Source: Deltaproteobacteria bacterium (GTDB taxonomy: Bacteria > Desulfobacterota > Binatia > UBA1149 > JAJCZL01). From it: DNA of 64,000 nt. Shown one piece after another: positions 18,883 through 29,616 of this stretch. How positions within the stretch are numbered: position 1 is the first letter of the stretch; every line of letters starts with the position of its first letter. The stretch spans positions 6,137 through 70,136 of the forward strand of contig JAJCZL010000038.1 of NCBI GenBank assembly GCA_029262415.1, read 5' to 3'. Under the pieces are notes generated by a model. That model saw nothing but the letters and a program-made list of their open reading frames with translations, did no database searches and was not told where the DNA came from. Both the position numbers and the translations under genes were made by a program.

Positions 18883-19025
18883 GGTATTTGCCTCGCGTCG
18901 TTGGCTGCCTTTCAGAGAAAGCGGCGTTGGGGCGGTCTTTGCTCGAGTGCAGCGCTGGGCGGACCTCGCGCAAAGCGCTCGGTTCGGTGGCTCGCCAGCT
19001 CGCCACCTCACGCCAGCTCGCCGCC

Positions 19026-19520
19026 TCAACCGCGGAACAGCATTACCTTGGTTGGGTCTTGGGTGGAAACGGTGAGGGAGGAAACCGATGTGCCTAAAAC
19101 CGGGTGGTGGAAGGCCGGGGCCAGTTCGCTGAGCGGTAGCAACACGAACTTGCGGTTGACCAGCTCGGGGTGGGGGATCTTGAGGGTCCTCGAATTAATG
19201 ACCTGGTCGCCGAAAAAGAGAATATCGAGGTCTATTACCCGCGAAACCGATTTTTTCTCGGTCTCGCGCTTGCGGCCCATGGTTTTCTCTATTTTTTGTA
19301 GGGCTTTGAGCAGGTCTTTGGCTTCAAGGGTAGTTTCGACGCCGATGACGCCGTTGACAAACCAATTGCGGGCGCGTCCATGCGGTTCGCTTTCATAGAG
19401 CGAGGATTGCGAGACCACCTTGGTGTCGGCAATTCCACGCACTTCAGCGATTGCACGTCGAAAGTTCTCTTGGCGGTCGCCGAGGTTCGTCCCGACGCCT
19501 ATGTAGGCGATTTGGCCCAT
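19026..19520 (-). CDS. folK: 2-amino-4-hydroxy-6-hydroxymethyldihydropteridine pyrophosphokinase (HPPK)
   Basis: AYIGVGTNLGDR...ESEPHG...IDLDILFFG motifs. Confidence 0.85.
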   Translation of the reverse strand: MGQIAYIGVGTNLGDRQENFRRAIAEVRGIADTKVVSQSSLYESEPHGRARNWFVNGVIGVETTLEAKDLLKALQKIEKTMGRKRETEKKSVSRVIDLDILFFGDQVINSRTLKIPHPELVNRKFVLLPLSELAPAFHHPVLGTSVSSLTVSTQDPTKVMLFRG

Positions 19521-19655
19521 GTTCGCATTCCTCGCAGCTAGCCGGCAACTTTCCCTCTATTTTCCAGTTACTTAGCTGAGGGACCCGACCTTGTAACGAA
19601 AATCCGTGTTCAGGTCCAACGAAAACACCTGGAAGGCGGGATTATTGTGGGACAG

Positions 19656-20453
19656 TTACCCGAGGGTGTCGCGCATCGAGTACAGGCCCGGAGCACGACC
19701 GCAGAGCCAGCGTGCCGCGCGGACGGCGCCCGCGGCCAGGCAATCGCGCGACAGCGCGCGATGGGTCAACTCGATCCGCTCGCCGGTGCCGACGAACATC
19801 ACGGTATGCTCCCCCGGGGAGTCGCCGCCGCGCAGCGCGACTACGCCGATCTCGTCTTTGCTGCGTGCGCCGACGACACCCGCGCGGGCGCTGAGCAGCG
19901 CCTTCTTCGGGTCTAGCCCTCTGGCGGCGGCCGCAGTTTCGCCGAGCGCAATCGCGGTGCCACTGGGAGCGTCAATCTTACGGTTGTGGTGGATCTCGAC
20001 GATCTCGCAATCAAACTCGGCCAGCTGTGCCGCGGCCTGTTCGACCAGGCCGAGCAGAACGTTGACGCCGATGCTCATGTTGGCTGCGAGCATGGTCGGC
20101 ATGTTCTTTGCGAGTTCGCTCAGCTGGTCGCGCTGCTGGTGGGAGAGGCCCGAGGTGCCCACGATGATGGCGGCACCGGTGCGCGCGGCGGCCTCGAGAT
20201 GCCTCATTGAGGCATCGGGGGAGGTGAAGTCGACGGTTACGGTTCCGGCCTGGGCGACCGCTGCGTAGTTGTCAGCGACCGCGATGCCGTTGCTCTCGAT
20301 TGCAGCGAGTGCACCGCTGTCACGCCCGATCCACTCCGAGCCCGGCGCCTCGAGCGCGGCTATCAGCCTGACGTCTGCTTGCTCGGCGGCCAAAGCGATG
20401 ATGCGGCGACCCATCCGACCTGCGGCGCCGCAGACGATCAACTCGATGCTCAT
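19656..20453 (-). CDS. dapB: 4-hydroxy-tetrahydrodipicolinate reductase
   Basis: EIVEIHHNRKIDAPSGTAIALGE motif; N-terminal GAAGRMG Rossmann. Confidence 0.9.
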   Translation of the reverse strand: MSIELIVCGAAGRMGRRIIALAAEQADVRLIAALEAPGSEWIGRDSGALAAIESNGIAVADNYAAVAQAGTVTVDFTSPDASMRHLEAAARTGAAIIVGTSGLSHQQRDQLSELAKNMPTMLAANMSIGVNVLLGLVEQAAAQLAEFDCEIVEIHHNRKIDAPSGTAIALGETAAAARGLDPKKALLSARAGVVGARSKDEIGVVALRGGDSPGEHTVMFVGTGERIELTHRALSRDCLAAGAVRAARWLCGRAPGLYSMRDTLG

Positions 20454-20457
20454 GAGA

Positions 20458-21330
20458 TCAGCACAGCCCTACTTCGGTCATCGCCGCCTGAAGCTTGTCG
20501 CGAAGCTCCGGCCGCAACGGTGTCATCGGGAGGCGCAGCTCGTCGCCCATGCGTCCGAGGATTGCGAGCGCGGTCTTGACCGGAACCGGGTTCGTTTGCA
20601 GGAACAGAGCGCGGAACAGCGGCAGCATTTTGCGGTGCATGGACAGGGCAGTTGAAAAATCGCCGTCGCTAGCCGCATTGACCATGTCGCACATGTGTTC
20701 GGGCACAAGATTAGATGTCACCGAGATCACGCCTCTGGCGCCGATCGACATCAGCGGCAGGGTCAGCGAGTCGTCGCCGGAGATCACCGCGAAGTCGGCG
20801 GGCGCAAGCGCGATGATGTCCATCGCATGGTCGAGCGAACCAGAGGCTTCTTTGACCGCGACGATGTTCGGATGCACCGCCAAGCGTGCGATCGTCTCGG
20901 CTTCCATGTTGACCGCCGAACGTCCGGGGATGTTGTAGAGGATTTGCGGGATGTCTGCCGCATCGGCGATCGCACGGTAGTGCTCGAACAGCCCTTCTTG
21001 GGTCGGCTTGTTGTAATAGGGGGCGATCAGCAGCACACCGTCGGCACCCGCCTGTGCCGCGTACTTGGTGAGGGTGACGGCCTCCGCGGTATTGTTGGAG
21101 CCGGTCCCGGCGATAACCCTGACCCGGCCCGCAGCTTCTTCGATGGCGATCGAGATGACGGTCTGGTGCTCGCCGTGGCTAAGTGTCGCCGACTCGCCGG
21201 TGCTGCCGCACGGTACGATTCCGTCGATGCCCGACTGGATCTGCGCGCGCACGAGCGCACGGAAAGCCTCTTCGTCGACTTTGCCGTCTCTAAAAGGGGT
21301 AACCAGCGCGGTGTAGGTACCTGCGAACAT
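20458..21330 (-). CDS. dapA: 4-hydroxy-tetrahydrodipicolinate synthase
   Basis: ALVTPF...GIVPCGSTGES...YNIPGRS; DapA/NAL family. Confidence 0.9.
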   Translation of the reverse strand: MFAGTYTALVTPFRDGKVDEEAFRALVRAQIQSGIDGIVPCGSTGESATLSHGEHQTVISIAIEEAAGRVRVIAGTGSNNTAEAVTLTKYAAQAGADGVLLIAPYYNKPTQEGLFEHYRAIADAADIPQILYNIPGRSAVNMEAETIARLAVHPNIVAVKEASGSLDHAMDIIALAPADFAVISGDDSLTLPLMSIGARGVISVTSNLVPEHMCDMVNAASDGDFSTALSMHRKMLPLFRALFLQTNPVPVKTALAILGRMGDELRLPMTPLRPELRDKLQAAMTEVGLC

Positions 21331-21334
21331 CGTT

Positions 21335-22186
21335 TCAACCTTCCACGTTTACGTCGAACGTGCCAGAGAACACCTCGACGGCCGGCCCGGTCATGATCAC
21401 TTCGCCGGACTCGGTGTATTCGATTTCCAGATCTCCGCCGGGCAGCGACACCGTCGCTTTGCGCTCGCAGCGTCCGGTCAACACGCCCGCGACAACCGAC
21501 GCGCAAGCGCCGGTGCCGCAGGCTGCGGTCTCGCCCGAGCCACGCTCCCATACCCGCATGGTCAGGTGATCGGGCGCGTCGACGCGAATGAACTCGGTGT
21601 TCACGCCTTCGGGGAAAAATGGGTGCTCGGCGAACGGCGGCCCGATCACGTAGAGCTTTAAGTCGCTGGGGTCGGCGTCGAAGGTCACCGCATGGGGGTT
21701 GCCCATCGAAACGCAGGTGACGTGCCATATGCGCCCCTCAACCTCGATGGGGTGGTTGATGACTTCGCCGTCGGCGTCGACAGGGATGCGGCGGCCGCTG
21801 AGTTCGGCGCTGCCCATGTTCACGGTGACGCTCGATACTTTTCCGTCGCTCTTGTGTAGCGTGAGATGCTTGATGCCCGCATCGGTGTCCACCGAGAGCT
21901 CGTTGCGTGCGTTGTCGAGCAGGCCGTGGTCGTGGACGAACTTGGCGAGTGCGCGGATGCCGTTGCCGCACATGATCCCGCGGCTCCCGTCGGCGTTATA
22001 CATCTCCATGCGGAACTCGGCGGCCTCGGAGGGGCACACGAGGATGAGTCCGTCCGAACCTATACCGCCGCGCCTGTCCGAAACTGTGCGCGCGACCGCG
22101 GGGGCGTTCTCGATCATGCCGCCGGTGCAATCGACGAACAGGTAGTCGTTGCGGCAACCGTGCAGCTTTGTCAGCTCGAGTCTCAT
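21335..22186 (-). CDS. dapF: Diaminopimelate epimerase
   Basis: HGCRNDYLFVD and a second Cys-containing active-site half. Confidence 0.85.
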   Translation of the reverse strand: MRLELTKLHGCRNDYLFVDCTGGMIENAPAVARTVSDRRGGIGSDGLILVCPSEAAEFRMEMYNADGSRGIMCGNGIRALAKFVHDHGLLDNARNELSVDTDAGIKHLTLHKSDGKVSSVTVNMGSAELSGRRIPVDADGEVINHPIEVEGRIWHVTCVSMGNPHAVTFDADPSDLKLYVIGPPFAEHPFFPEGVNTEFIRVDAPDHLTMRVWERGSGETAACGTGACASVVAGVLTGRCERKATVSLPGGDLEIEYTESGEVIMTGPAVEVFSGTFDVNVEG

Positions 22187-22188
22187 TT

Positions 22189-23442
22189 TCAGCCGAGGCT
22201 CTCCGGAATCGTCTCTCCCTGGATGAGCTGCTCTAGAGTCTCACGTTCGCGGACGATGTGAAAAACGTCGCCGTCGACGAGGACCTCGGCCGGCTTGGTG
22301 CGCGCGTTGTAGTTCGATGCCATCGCGAATCCGTACGCGCCGGCACTCATCACCACGAGCAAGCCGCCCGGGCCGACGTTCGCGACTGCGCGTTCCTTGG
22401 CGAAGAAGTCGCCGCTTTCGCAGACCGGTCCGACGACGTCGGCAACCACGCTCTGCGTGGCTTCGGACTCGGCGAGGATCTCGTGGAAGGCGCTGTAGAG
22501 CGAAGGGCGCGCCAAGTCGTTCATCGCCGCATCGACGACGATGAAGTTCTTCTGGTTATTGCCCTTGTGGTAGAGCACCCGCGTCACCAAGCATCCGGCG
22601 TTGCCGACGATCGAGCGACCCGGCTCTACGATCAGGGTCAGGTCGCGTCCGCCCAGTGCATCGCCGAGCACGGCGGCGTAGGTGTCGGTGCTGGGCGGGG
22701 TTTCGTCTTGGTAGCAAATACCCAGCCCGCCGCCCATATCCAGCAGCCGGATCTCGATGCCCGAATCGGCTAAACGGTCGACGAATCTCGTCATCCTGCC
22801 GACTGCTTCGACGAACGGTTCGGTGGTGGTCAGTTGTGAGCCGATATGACAGTCGGCACCGACAATCTCGAGTCCCTTCATCGTGGCCGCGCGCTGGTAG
22901 TCTTCGAAGCAACGCTCCAATGGTATGCCGAACTTGCTGGTCTTCAGGCCGGTCGAAATGTATGGGTGCGTTTTCGGATCGACATCCGGGTTGACGCGCA
23001 GGGCGACAGGCGCGCGGGTGTTCATCTCGCGACCGACACAGTCGATGGTGTCGAGCTCGGCAGGCGACTCGACGTTGAACATGAGGATGCCGGCTTCCAG
23101 AGCCATGCGGATCTCCCACGGCTGCTTACCGACCCCTGAGAACACCACCTTGCCGGGGTCGCCGCCCGCGGCCAGCACACGGTGGAGTTCACCGCCGGAG
23201 ACGACGTCGAAGCCCGCGCCTTCGTTTGCCAGCGCGCGAAGCACAGCGAGGTTGCCGTTGGCTTTGACCGAGTAACACACCAGATGGGTGCGGTCACCGA
23301 AACCGGACACGTATCCTGCGTAGGCTTCGCGGATGGCGGCAAGGCTATAAACGTATGACGGGGTACCGGCCTGCTCGGCGATGCGCGCAAGCGGCACGTT
23401 TTCGACGTGGAGCCGACCGTCCTTGTATTCGAAATGACTCAT
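22189..23442 (-). CDS. lysA: Diaminopimelate decarboxylase
   Basis: PLP fold-III decarboxylase; YSVKAN and GGGLGI motifs. Confidence 0.9.
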   Translation of the reverse strand: MSHFEYKDGRLHVENVPLARIAEQAGTPSYVYSLAAIREAYAGYVSGFGDRTHLVCYSVKANGNLAVLRALANEGAGFDVVSGGELHRVLAAGGDPGKVVFSGVGKQPWEIRMALEAGILMFNVESPAELDTIDCVGREMNTRAPVALRVNPDVDPKTHPYISTGLKTSKFGIPLERCFEDYQRAATMKGLEIVGADCHIGSQLTTTEPFVEAVGRMTRFVDRLADSGIEIRLLDMGGGLGICYQDETPPSTDTYAAVLGDALGGRDLTLIVEPGRSIVGNAGCLVTRVLYHKGNNQKNFIVVDAAMNDLARPSLYSAFHEILAESEATQSVVADVVGPVCESGDFFAKERAVANVGPGGLLVVMSAGAYGFAMASNYNARTKPAEVLVDGDVFHIVRERETLEQLIQGETIPESLG

Positions 23443-23487
23443 AGCATTGTCTCTTTTCTTGAGCAGACGGGCAGCCCAGACAGACTG

Positions 23488-25299
23488 TTAGTTGGTGGGC
23501 GCGACGACTTCAATGATCGGCGAGGCGGTGCCGTGTTGGTCGTGTGAGTCGAAGGCCCGCACTCGGTACTGCACGTCGATCCGCGGCGCGTCGGTGTCTA
23601 CGAAGGTGAAGGTTTGCTGTGGCCGCACCCGGCGGTTGTCCTCGACGGGTACCAGCGCGATGTCACGGAACTCGCCCGCGCCGCTACGGCGCGCGACCAC
23701 GAAGCCTGTGAGGTCGCGCAACCGCGTGCCGTCAGCGCTGGTTTTCGGCCGCCGCCAACGGACTTTGACCCCGCCCTCGGCGGTTCGCTCGGCCTTGACC
23801 GTACCCATTGCGATGTTGGTGTCCTCGGGAGGACGAGGCGATGTGCGCACGCCGCAGGCGGGTGTTATCGCCGCTCCAAGAGTCGCGGCGAGCGCCAATG
23901 CCACCAACTTGCGCAGCCGCTTCTTCAAGTTGCTGCCGGAGGTTCCACCGGGGGATGTTCTGCGTGCGACGGCCGCTCGGGGGTCGAGCATCTTGGCCGC
24001 GTCGGCCTCGAAGGCGTCGGAGAAGCCCGAAAGCGTGGCTGCATCCAGCTCGGTGAGCTTGGTACCGGTCTTGATGACGTGGGCGACGATGCTGCCGCAG
24101 ACCTCGTGGGCATCGCGAAAGGGGACGCCGCGTCCTACCAGGTACTCGGCGAGGTCGGTCGCAAGCATCAGGTCTTCGCTGCCGGCGTCAGCCATGCGCT
24201 CGATGTCGAAGCTCAGCGACGCGGTCAGGCCGGAAAGCTGTTCGAGGCTGCCGATCGCGCTGTCGGTGCTGTCGAACAGCGGTTCCTTGTCTTCCTGAAG
24301 GTCGCTGTTGTAGGCCAAGGGTAGCCCTTTGATAGCCGTCAACAGCGCGAGCAGGTTGCCGTAGACGCGCCCGGACTTCCCGCGTACCAGTTCGGCGATG
24401 TCGGGGTTTTTTTTCTGCGGCATCATCGAGCTACCGGTCGAGTAGGCGTCGTCGAGGAGCACGAACCTGAATTCAGACGTTGCCCACAGCGTGATCTCTC
24501 CTGCCCAACGGCTGATGTGGGCGAAGAGGATGGCGATCGCCGAGAGGTACTCGAGAATGAAATCGCGGTCGGCGACCGCATCGATGCTGTTTTCGCTCAC
24601 GCGTGCAAAACCGAGCGACTTGGCCACGTGTTTGGGGTCGATCGGCAGCGTGGTGCCGGCCAGTGCTCCGGCGCCGAGCGCAAGCACGTCGAGGCGCCTG
24701 AGGCAGTCGGCCAGTCGCGCGCGGTCGCGCGCGAGCATGTCGTAGTAGGCGAGTAGGTGATGACCGAGCAGGACCGGCTGCGCGCGCTGCATATGGGTGT
24801 AGCCGGGTAAGATCGCGTCTTCGTGCTTGCGTGCGACATCGATGAGCGTCTTTTGCAGCTTGGCGATCCCTGCGTCGACGCCGGCGATCGCGTCCTTCAT
24901 GTAAAGGCGAACGTCGGTGACGACTTGGTCGTTACGGCTGCGTGCCGTGTGCAGCCTTGCGCCGGCCTTGCCCGCGATCTCGATCAAACGGCGTTCAACC
25001 GCCATGTGCACGTCTTCATCGTCGAGCGTTGGGGTGAAGCGCCCCTGTTCGAATTCGATCAGGATCGAGCGCAGGCCCTTGACTATCGCGTCGCGGTCGC
25101 CGGCCGGGATTATTTTTTGCGCCGCGAGCATCTCGGCGTGGGCGATGCCCGCGCGGATGTCGTAGGGCAGTAGCCGGATATCGAAGCCGATCGATGCGGT
25201 GAACGCTTGCGTGCGCTCAGAAGGCCTGCGTGAGAACCGACCGCCCCAAGTTCGGTTGGAACCTTCGCTTCCCGTTGTGTCGCTTTTTTTCGCAGTCAC
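23488..25299 (-). CDS. argH: Argininosuccinate lyase core (~465 aa) continuing in frame, with no stop, into a ~140-aa lipoprotein-like module (signal peptide plus FN3-like beta domain)
   Basis: WGGRFS...; the conserved MPQKKNPD loop encoded across a T8 run; fumarase/ASL fold. The frame then continues as KKRLRKLVALALAATLGAAITPACG... through to 23488. Confidence 0.85.
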   Translation of the reverse strand: MTAKKSDTTGSEGSNRTWGGRFSRRPSERTQAFTASIGFDIRLLPYDIRAGIAHAEMLAAQKIIPAGDRDAIVKGLRSILIEFEQGRFTPTLDDEDVHMAVERRLIEIAGKAGARLHTARSRNDQVVTDVRLYMKDAIAGVDAGIAKLQKTLIDVARKHEDAILPGYTHMQRAQPVLLGHHLLAYYDMLARDRARLADCLRRLDVLALGAGALAGTTLPIDPKHVAKSLGFARVSENSIDAVADRDFILEYLSAIAILFAHISRWAGEITLWATSEFRFVLLDDAYSTGSSMMPQKKNPDIAELVRGKSGRVYGNLLALLTAIKGLPLAYNSDLQEDKEPLFDSTDSAIGSLEQLSGLTASLSFDIERMADAGSEDLMLATDLAEYLVGRGVPFRDAHEVCGSIVAHVIKTGTKLTELDAATLSGFSDAFEADAAKMLDPRAAVARRTSPGGTSGSNLKKRLRKLVALALAATLGAAITPACGVRTSPRPPEDTNIAMGTVKAERTAEGGVKVRWRRPKTSADGTRLRDLTGFVVARRSGAGEFRDIALVPVEDNRRVRPQQTFTFVDTDAPRIDVQYRVRAFDSHDQHGTASPIIEVVAPTN

Positions 25300-25303
25300 T
25301 CGT

Positions 25304-26527
25304 TCAGCCTTTCTTGCCCGCGGCCTTGCGCTCGACTAGACGACGGACTTTGAGCCGCAGCGCATTCAGACGAATGAAGCCGCTAGCATCGGCTTGTGAG
25401 TACACGCTGTCTTCTTCGAACGTTGCGAGTTCGGGCATGTACAACGACTGGTCGGCGCGACGTCCCGCCACAGAGGCGCGTCCTTTGTATAGCTTCATGC
25501 GTACCGTTCCGGTGACCGGTTTCTGCGATTCATCGACGGCTGCTTGCAGCATTTCACGCTCGGGCGCGAACCAGAACCCGTAGTAGACCATCTCGGCGTA
25601 GCGCGGGATGAACCCGTCGCGCAGGTGCATGACCTCGCGATCCATCGTCAGGGTTTCGAGCGCACGGTGCGCCGCGTTTAGTACCGTCACCGCCGGAGTT
25701 TCGTACACGCCGCGCGATTTCATACCGACAAAACGGTTCTCGACGATGTCGTCGCGGCCGATACCGTGAGCGGCGGCGATCTCGGCAAGTTTTTTTAGAA
25801 GCTCGAACGGGCTCAGGTGCTCGCCGTTGAGTTCGACCGGATTGCCTTGCCGATAGCTGATCTCGACGTAGTCGGCCGTATCCGGTGCTTTCTCCGGCGC
25901 GACCGTGGTCAGGAACATGTCCTCGTTGGGTTCTTGCCACGGATCCTCCAGCTCGGATCCCTCGTAGCTGATGTGAACGATATTCTGGTCCATCGAGTAA
26001 GGTCTGTCGCGGGTGATCGGAAGTTCGATGCCGTGGTTTTCGGCGTAGGCGAAAAGTTTGCTGCGCGAGCTCAAATCCCAAACCCGCCAAGGTGCGATGA
26101 CATCGAGTTCGGGCGCCAGCGCTGCAAAGGTCAACTCGAAACGGACTTGGTCGTTGCCTTTGCCGGTTGCGCCATGACTCACCGCCTGCGCACTGGTCTG
26201 CTCGGCGATCTCGACCTGGCGCTGCGCGATACACGGGCGAGCGATCGAGGTGCCCAGCAGGTAGGTGCCCTCGTAGATCGCGCCGGCGCGCAGCATCGGA
26301 AATACGAAGTCGGAGGCGAAGCGTTCGCGCAGGTCTTCGACGAAGACTGCGCTTGCGCCGGTTTTGAGCGCTTTCTCGCGCACCGCATCGTAGTCGTCGC
26401 CTTGGCCGACGTCAGCGACGTAAGCGACGACCTCGCACTCGTAGCGCTCTGCCAGCCACGTCAGGATCACCGAGGTGTCGAGGCCGCCGCTGTAGGCCAG
26501 TACAATCTTTTCGTAGCTCTTGCTCAC
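25304..26527 (-). CDS. argG: Argininosuccinate synthase
   Basis: [12 protein letters not shown]-loop and ASS core. Confidence 0.9.
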   Translation of the reverse strand: MSKSYEKIVLAYSGGLDTSVILTWLAERYECEVVAYVADVGQGDDYDAVREKALKTGASAVFVEDLRERFASDFVFPMLRAGAIYEGTYLLGTSIARPCIAQRQVEIAEQTSAQAVSHGATGKGNDQVRFELTFAALAPELDVIAPWRVWDLSSRSKLFAYAENHGIELPITRDRPYSMDQNIVHISYEGSELEDPWQEPNEDMFLTTVAPEKAPDTADYVEISYRQGNPVELNGEHLSPFELLKKLAEIAAAHGIGRDDIVENRFVGMKSRGVYETPAVTVLNAAHRALETLTMDREVMHLRDGFIPRYAEMVYYGFWFAPEREMLQAAVDESQKPVTGTVRMKLYKGRASVAGRRADQSLYMPELATFEEDSVYSQADASGFIRLNALRLKVRRLVERKAAGKKG

Positions 26528-26539
26528 GGTGTTCCTTTT

Positions 26540-27466
26540 CTACATCGCTTCGGGGGCTTCGAGAAGCCACGCGAGAAGCGCCTTCTGCAGATGCAGACGG
26601 TTCTCGGCCTGGGCGACGATGATCGAGTGGGGGCCGTCGACGACCTCGGCACTGATTTCCTCGCCACGGTGCGCAGGTAGGCAGTGCATGACGATCACGT
26701 TGTCGGCCGCGTTCGCGAGGACCTGCGCATTGACCTGGTAGGGTGCGAAGACTTTTTTGCGCCGCTCGCTTTCGGCCTCCTGTCCCATGCTTGCCCACAC
26801 GTCGGTATAAAGGACATCGGCACCGGCGGTGCCCTCCTCGACATCGCAGGTGACAGAGAGGGTGGACTTCGCGTTTTTGCGTGCCCGTTCAAGCACTTCG
26901 GGGTCGGGTTCGTACCCGGCCGGGCACACCAGCGTGAAGTCGAAACCCAGCTTGGCGGCCGCGTATAGCCAGGAATGAACCATGTTGTTACCGTCGCCGA
27001 CAAAGACGACGTTCAGTTTTGAGATGTCGCCGCGCACCTCACTCAGCGTAAAGCAGTCGGCAAGCACCTGGCAAGGGTGGAGCAGGTCGGTGAGTCCGTT
27101 GATCACCGGAATCGTTGAGGCGTCGGCCAATTCGACCAGAGACGAATGCGAGAAGGTGCGGGCGACGATCACATCTACCCAGCACGACAAGTTTTTCGCG
27201 ATGTCTGCAACCGATTCGCGTTGGCCGAACTGAATGTCACCGGGGGCGAGATAGATCGCGTCGCCGCCGAGTTGGTGGATCCCGGTTTCGAACGTAACAC
27301 GCGTACGCAGGCTCGGCTTCTCGAAGATCATGGCAAGGGTTCGACCGCTTAGCCACGCGTGTGGGCGCCTTGCCTTGAGGTCGGCTTTCAAACGCCCGGA
27401 GAGCGCGATCAAGTGCTCGATCTCGCTGACCGTCAGATCGTCGATCGATAAGAGATTGCGGGTCAC
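26540..27466 (-). CDS. argF: Ornithine carbamoyltransferase
   Basis: FEKPSLRTRVTFE carbamoyl-phosphate-binding motif and HCLPAHRGEE. Confidence 0.9.
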   Translation of the reverse strand: MTRNLLSIDDLTVSEIEHLIALSGRLKADLKARRPHAWLSGRTLAMIFEKPSLRTRVTFETGIHQLGGDAIYLAPGDIQFGQRESVADIAKNLSCWVDVIVARTFSHSSLVELADASTIPVINGLTDLLHPCQVLADCFTLSEVRGDISKLNVVFVGDGNNMVHSWLYAAAKLGFDFTLVCPAGYEPDPEVLERARKNAKSTLSVTCDVEEGTAGADVLYTDVWASMGQEAESERRKKVFAPYQVNAQVLANAADNVIVMHCLPAHRGEEISAEVVDGPHSIIVAQAENRLHLQKALLAWLLEAPEAM

Positions 27467-28629
27467 GGCAGCGCCTCCTCGAGCAGCTTGAGTCCTTCGT
27501 CGATTTCCGCGGTGGTGATCGTAAGCGGTGGCAGAAAGCGCACGACGTTGCCGGCGGTAGCGTTCAAGATCACACCGGCTTCCAGCGCGCGGTCAACGAT
27601 CGGGCGAGCGGGGCCGGTCAATTCCATCCCGACCATCAATCCGCGACCGCGCACATCTTTGATGTCTGCGCGTTGCGCGGCGATGGCGCGGAGTGCATCG
27701 GCGAGGTGTTCGCCCGAAGCCCTGCAGTTTTCGAGAACGCCTTCGGCGTCGAAACTCTCGATAACCGCGATGCCGGCCGCGCAGGCTACCGGGTTGGCGC
27801 CGAACGTGGTGCCGTGAGTACCCGGTTTGAATGCCGCGGCGGCACTCTCGGTCGCAAGCATTGCGCCGATCGGCAATCCCGCGGCAAGTCCCTTGGCCGA
27901 ACACAGAATGTCGGGTGTGATGCCTTCGTGTTCGTGCGCGTAGAACTTACCGGTACGTCCCATGCCGGTTTGCACCTCATCGAAGATCAGCAAGGCGCCG
28001 GTTCTGTCGCAGATCTCGCGTAGCGCGCGCAGGTACCCCGCCGGCGGTACCAATACGCCGCCTTCTCCTATTATGGGCTCGACCATGATTGCCGCCGTAT
28101 GGTCCCCGGCGGCATCGGCGGCGGCCTCGGTATCGCCGTAGGCCACGTGCATGAACCCCGCCGGCATCGGGCCGAAACCTTCCTGCAGGTCGGGCTGTCC
28201 GCTGGCGGCAAGCGCGCCGAGCGTGCGTCCGTGGAACGAACCGTGTGCGGCGACGATTTCAAAGCGATCGCCGCCGGCGCGCCGCGCGAGCTTAATCGCC
28301 GCTTCGACGGACTCGGTTCCGCTGTTACAGAAGAACACGCGGTCGGCGAAGCTGCGCTCACACAACATCTCGGCGAGGCGGGCAGCGGGCGCGTGGTAGT
28401 AGAGGTTGCTCGTATGCAGAAGCTTCTTGCTCTGCGTGGCGATGGCCTCGCTGACCCGGGGGTGGCCATGGCCGAGGCAACTCACGCCGAGGCCGCTGAA
28501 CATATCGAGGTAGCGCTTGCCGTTCTCGTCGAACAGATAGCGTCCTTCGCCGTGGTCGAAGGCGACGGCGAAACGCGCATAGTTTCCGACCATAAAACGG
28601 TTGGTGCGCTCGATCGTCGTGGTGCTCAT
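27463..28629 (-). CDS. argD: Acetylornithine aminotransferase (class-III PLP aminotransferase)
   Basis: Class-III aminotransferase layout. Start taken at [10 protein letters not shown] (28629), which overlaps the argB stop by 4 nt; the track ORF's N-extension is rejected. Confidence 0.85.
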   Translation of the reverse strand: MSTTTIERTNRFMVGNYARFAVAFDHGEGRYLFDENGKRYLDMFSGLGVSCLGHGHPRVSEAIATQSKKLLHTSNLYYHAPAARLAEMLCERSFADRVFFCNSGTESVEAAIKLARRAGGDRFEIVAAHGSFHGRTLGALAASGQPDLQEGFGPMPAGFMHVAYGDTEAAADAAGDHTAAIMVEPIIGEGGVLVPPAGYLRALREICDRTGALLIFDEVQTGMGRTGKFYAHEHEGITPDILCSAKGLAAGLPIGAMLATESAAAAFKPGTHGTTFGANPVACAAGIAVIESFDAEGVLENCRASGEHLADALRAIAAQRADIKDVRGRGLMVGMELTGPARPIVDRALEAGVILNATAGNVVRFLPPLTITTAEIDEGLKLLEEALP

Positions 28630-29564
28630 TTTGACGTGCCCGACGCCGCGGTCGCTCCCGCCGGCCGACCCTTTTCGCCGGGCGGCGGGTCGCCGAGTAC
28701 CACTTCGGTGCCGACACCCCGCTCGGTAAAAATCTCCAGAAGGAGCGCGTGGCTGATGCGCCCGTCGATGATGTGGACTTGCTTGACCGAACCTTCGAGA
28801 GCCTGCAGAGCACATTCAACTTTAGGTATCATGCCTTCGTTGATGGTGCCGTCGGCTATCCACTTGCGCGCCTGTGTGGTGCCGACAAACGCTTGCACGT
28901 TACCGCCGTCGTCGCGGATGCCCTCGACGTCGGTCAGCAAGATCAGCTTTTCGGCGCCGAGCGCCTGGGCAAGCTTGGACGCGACCACGTCTGCGTTGAT
29001 GTTGTAGGTGTGGCCCTCGCCATCCAGACCGATAGGTGCGATCACCGGAATGAAATCGGTGCCGACCAAACGGTCGAGAATCTCCGGTTGGATGCTGGCG
29101 ACGTCGCCGACCATGCCGAGGTCAACCGCTACGGTGCCATCGCTGTTCGGAGCCGGTACGTGCTTGCGGGCGACGATCAGGTGGCCGTCTTTTCCGCTGA
29201 GTCCGAGTGCTTTGCCGCCACACTTGTGGATCGCTGCCACGATGCCCTTATTGACCTGGCCGACCAGCACCATCTCGACGATTTCCATGGTCTCGAAGTC
29301 AGTCACCCGCATCCCGCGAACGAACTTGCTCTCGATGCCCATGCGGTCGAGCAGCTTGCCGATCTGCGGACCGCCGCCGTGGACGATCACCGGGTTGAGG
29401 CCGAGCGACTTGAGCAGCACCAGATCCTCGGCGAAGCTCTGCTTAAGCGCCCCGTCGATCATGGCGTGACCACCGTATTTGATTACGACCGTACGTCCGC
29501 GAAAACGCTGCATATAAGGCAGCGCTTCGAGTAATACTTTAGCTTTTGCGATCAGTTGGTCCAT
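28626..29564 (-). CDS. argB: Acetylglutamate kinase
   Basis: VIKYGGHAM amino-acid-kinase motif. Confidence 0.9.
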   Translation of the reverse strand: MDQLIAKAKVLLEALPYMQRFRGRTVVIKYGGHAMIDGALKQSFAEDLVLLKSLGLNPVIVHGGGPQIGKLLDRMGIESKFVRGMRVTDFETMEIVEMVLVGQVNKGIVAAIHKCGGKALGLSGKDGHLIVARKHVPAPNSDGTVAVDLGMVGDVASIQPEILDRLVGTDFIPVIAPIGLDGEGHTYNINADVVASKLAQALGAEKLILLTDVEGIRDDGGNVQAFVGTTQARKWIADGTINEGMIPKVECALQALEGSVKQVHIIDGRISHALLLEIFTERGVGTEVVLGDPPPGEKGRPAGATAASGTSK

Positions 29565-29616
29565 GGGCGTTTGTGCCTCCGGGTCCGCGCTCTATCTGCT
29601 TCGCGGCCGGGCCTGC

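Noticed and set aside
18256-19398. 380-aa plus-strand ORF
   Set aside because: It is antisense to the transaldolase and folK genes, which both have strong motif support. It shows an off-frame amino-acid bias.
23492-24324. 268-aa and 236-aa plus-strand ORFs inside argH
   Set aside because: These are shadow ORFs opposite a gene with unambiguous ArgH motifs.
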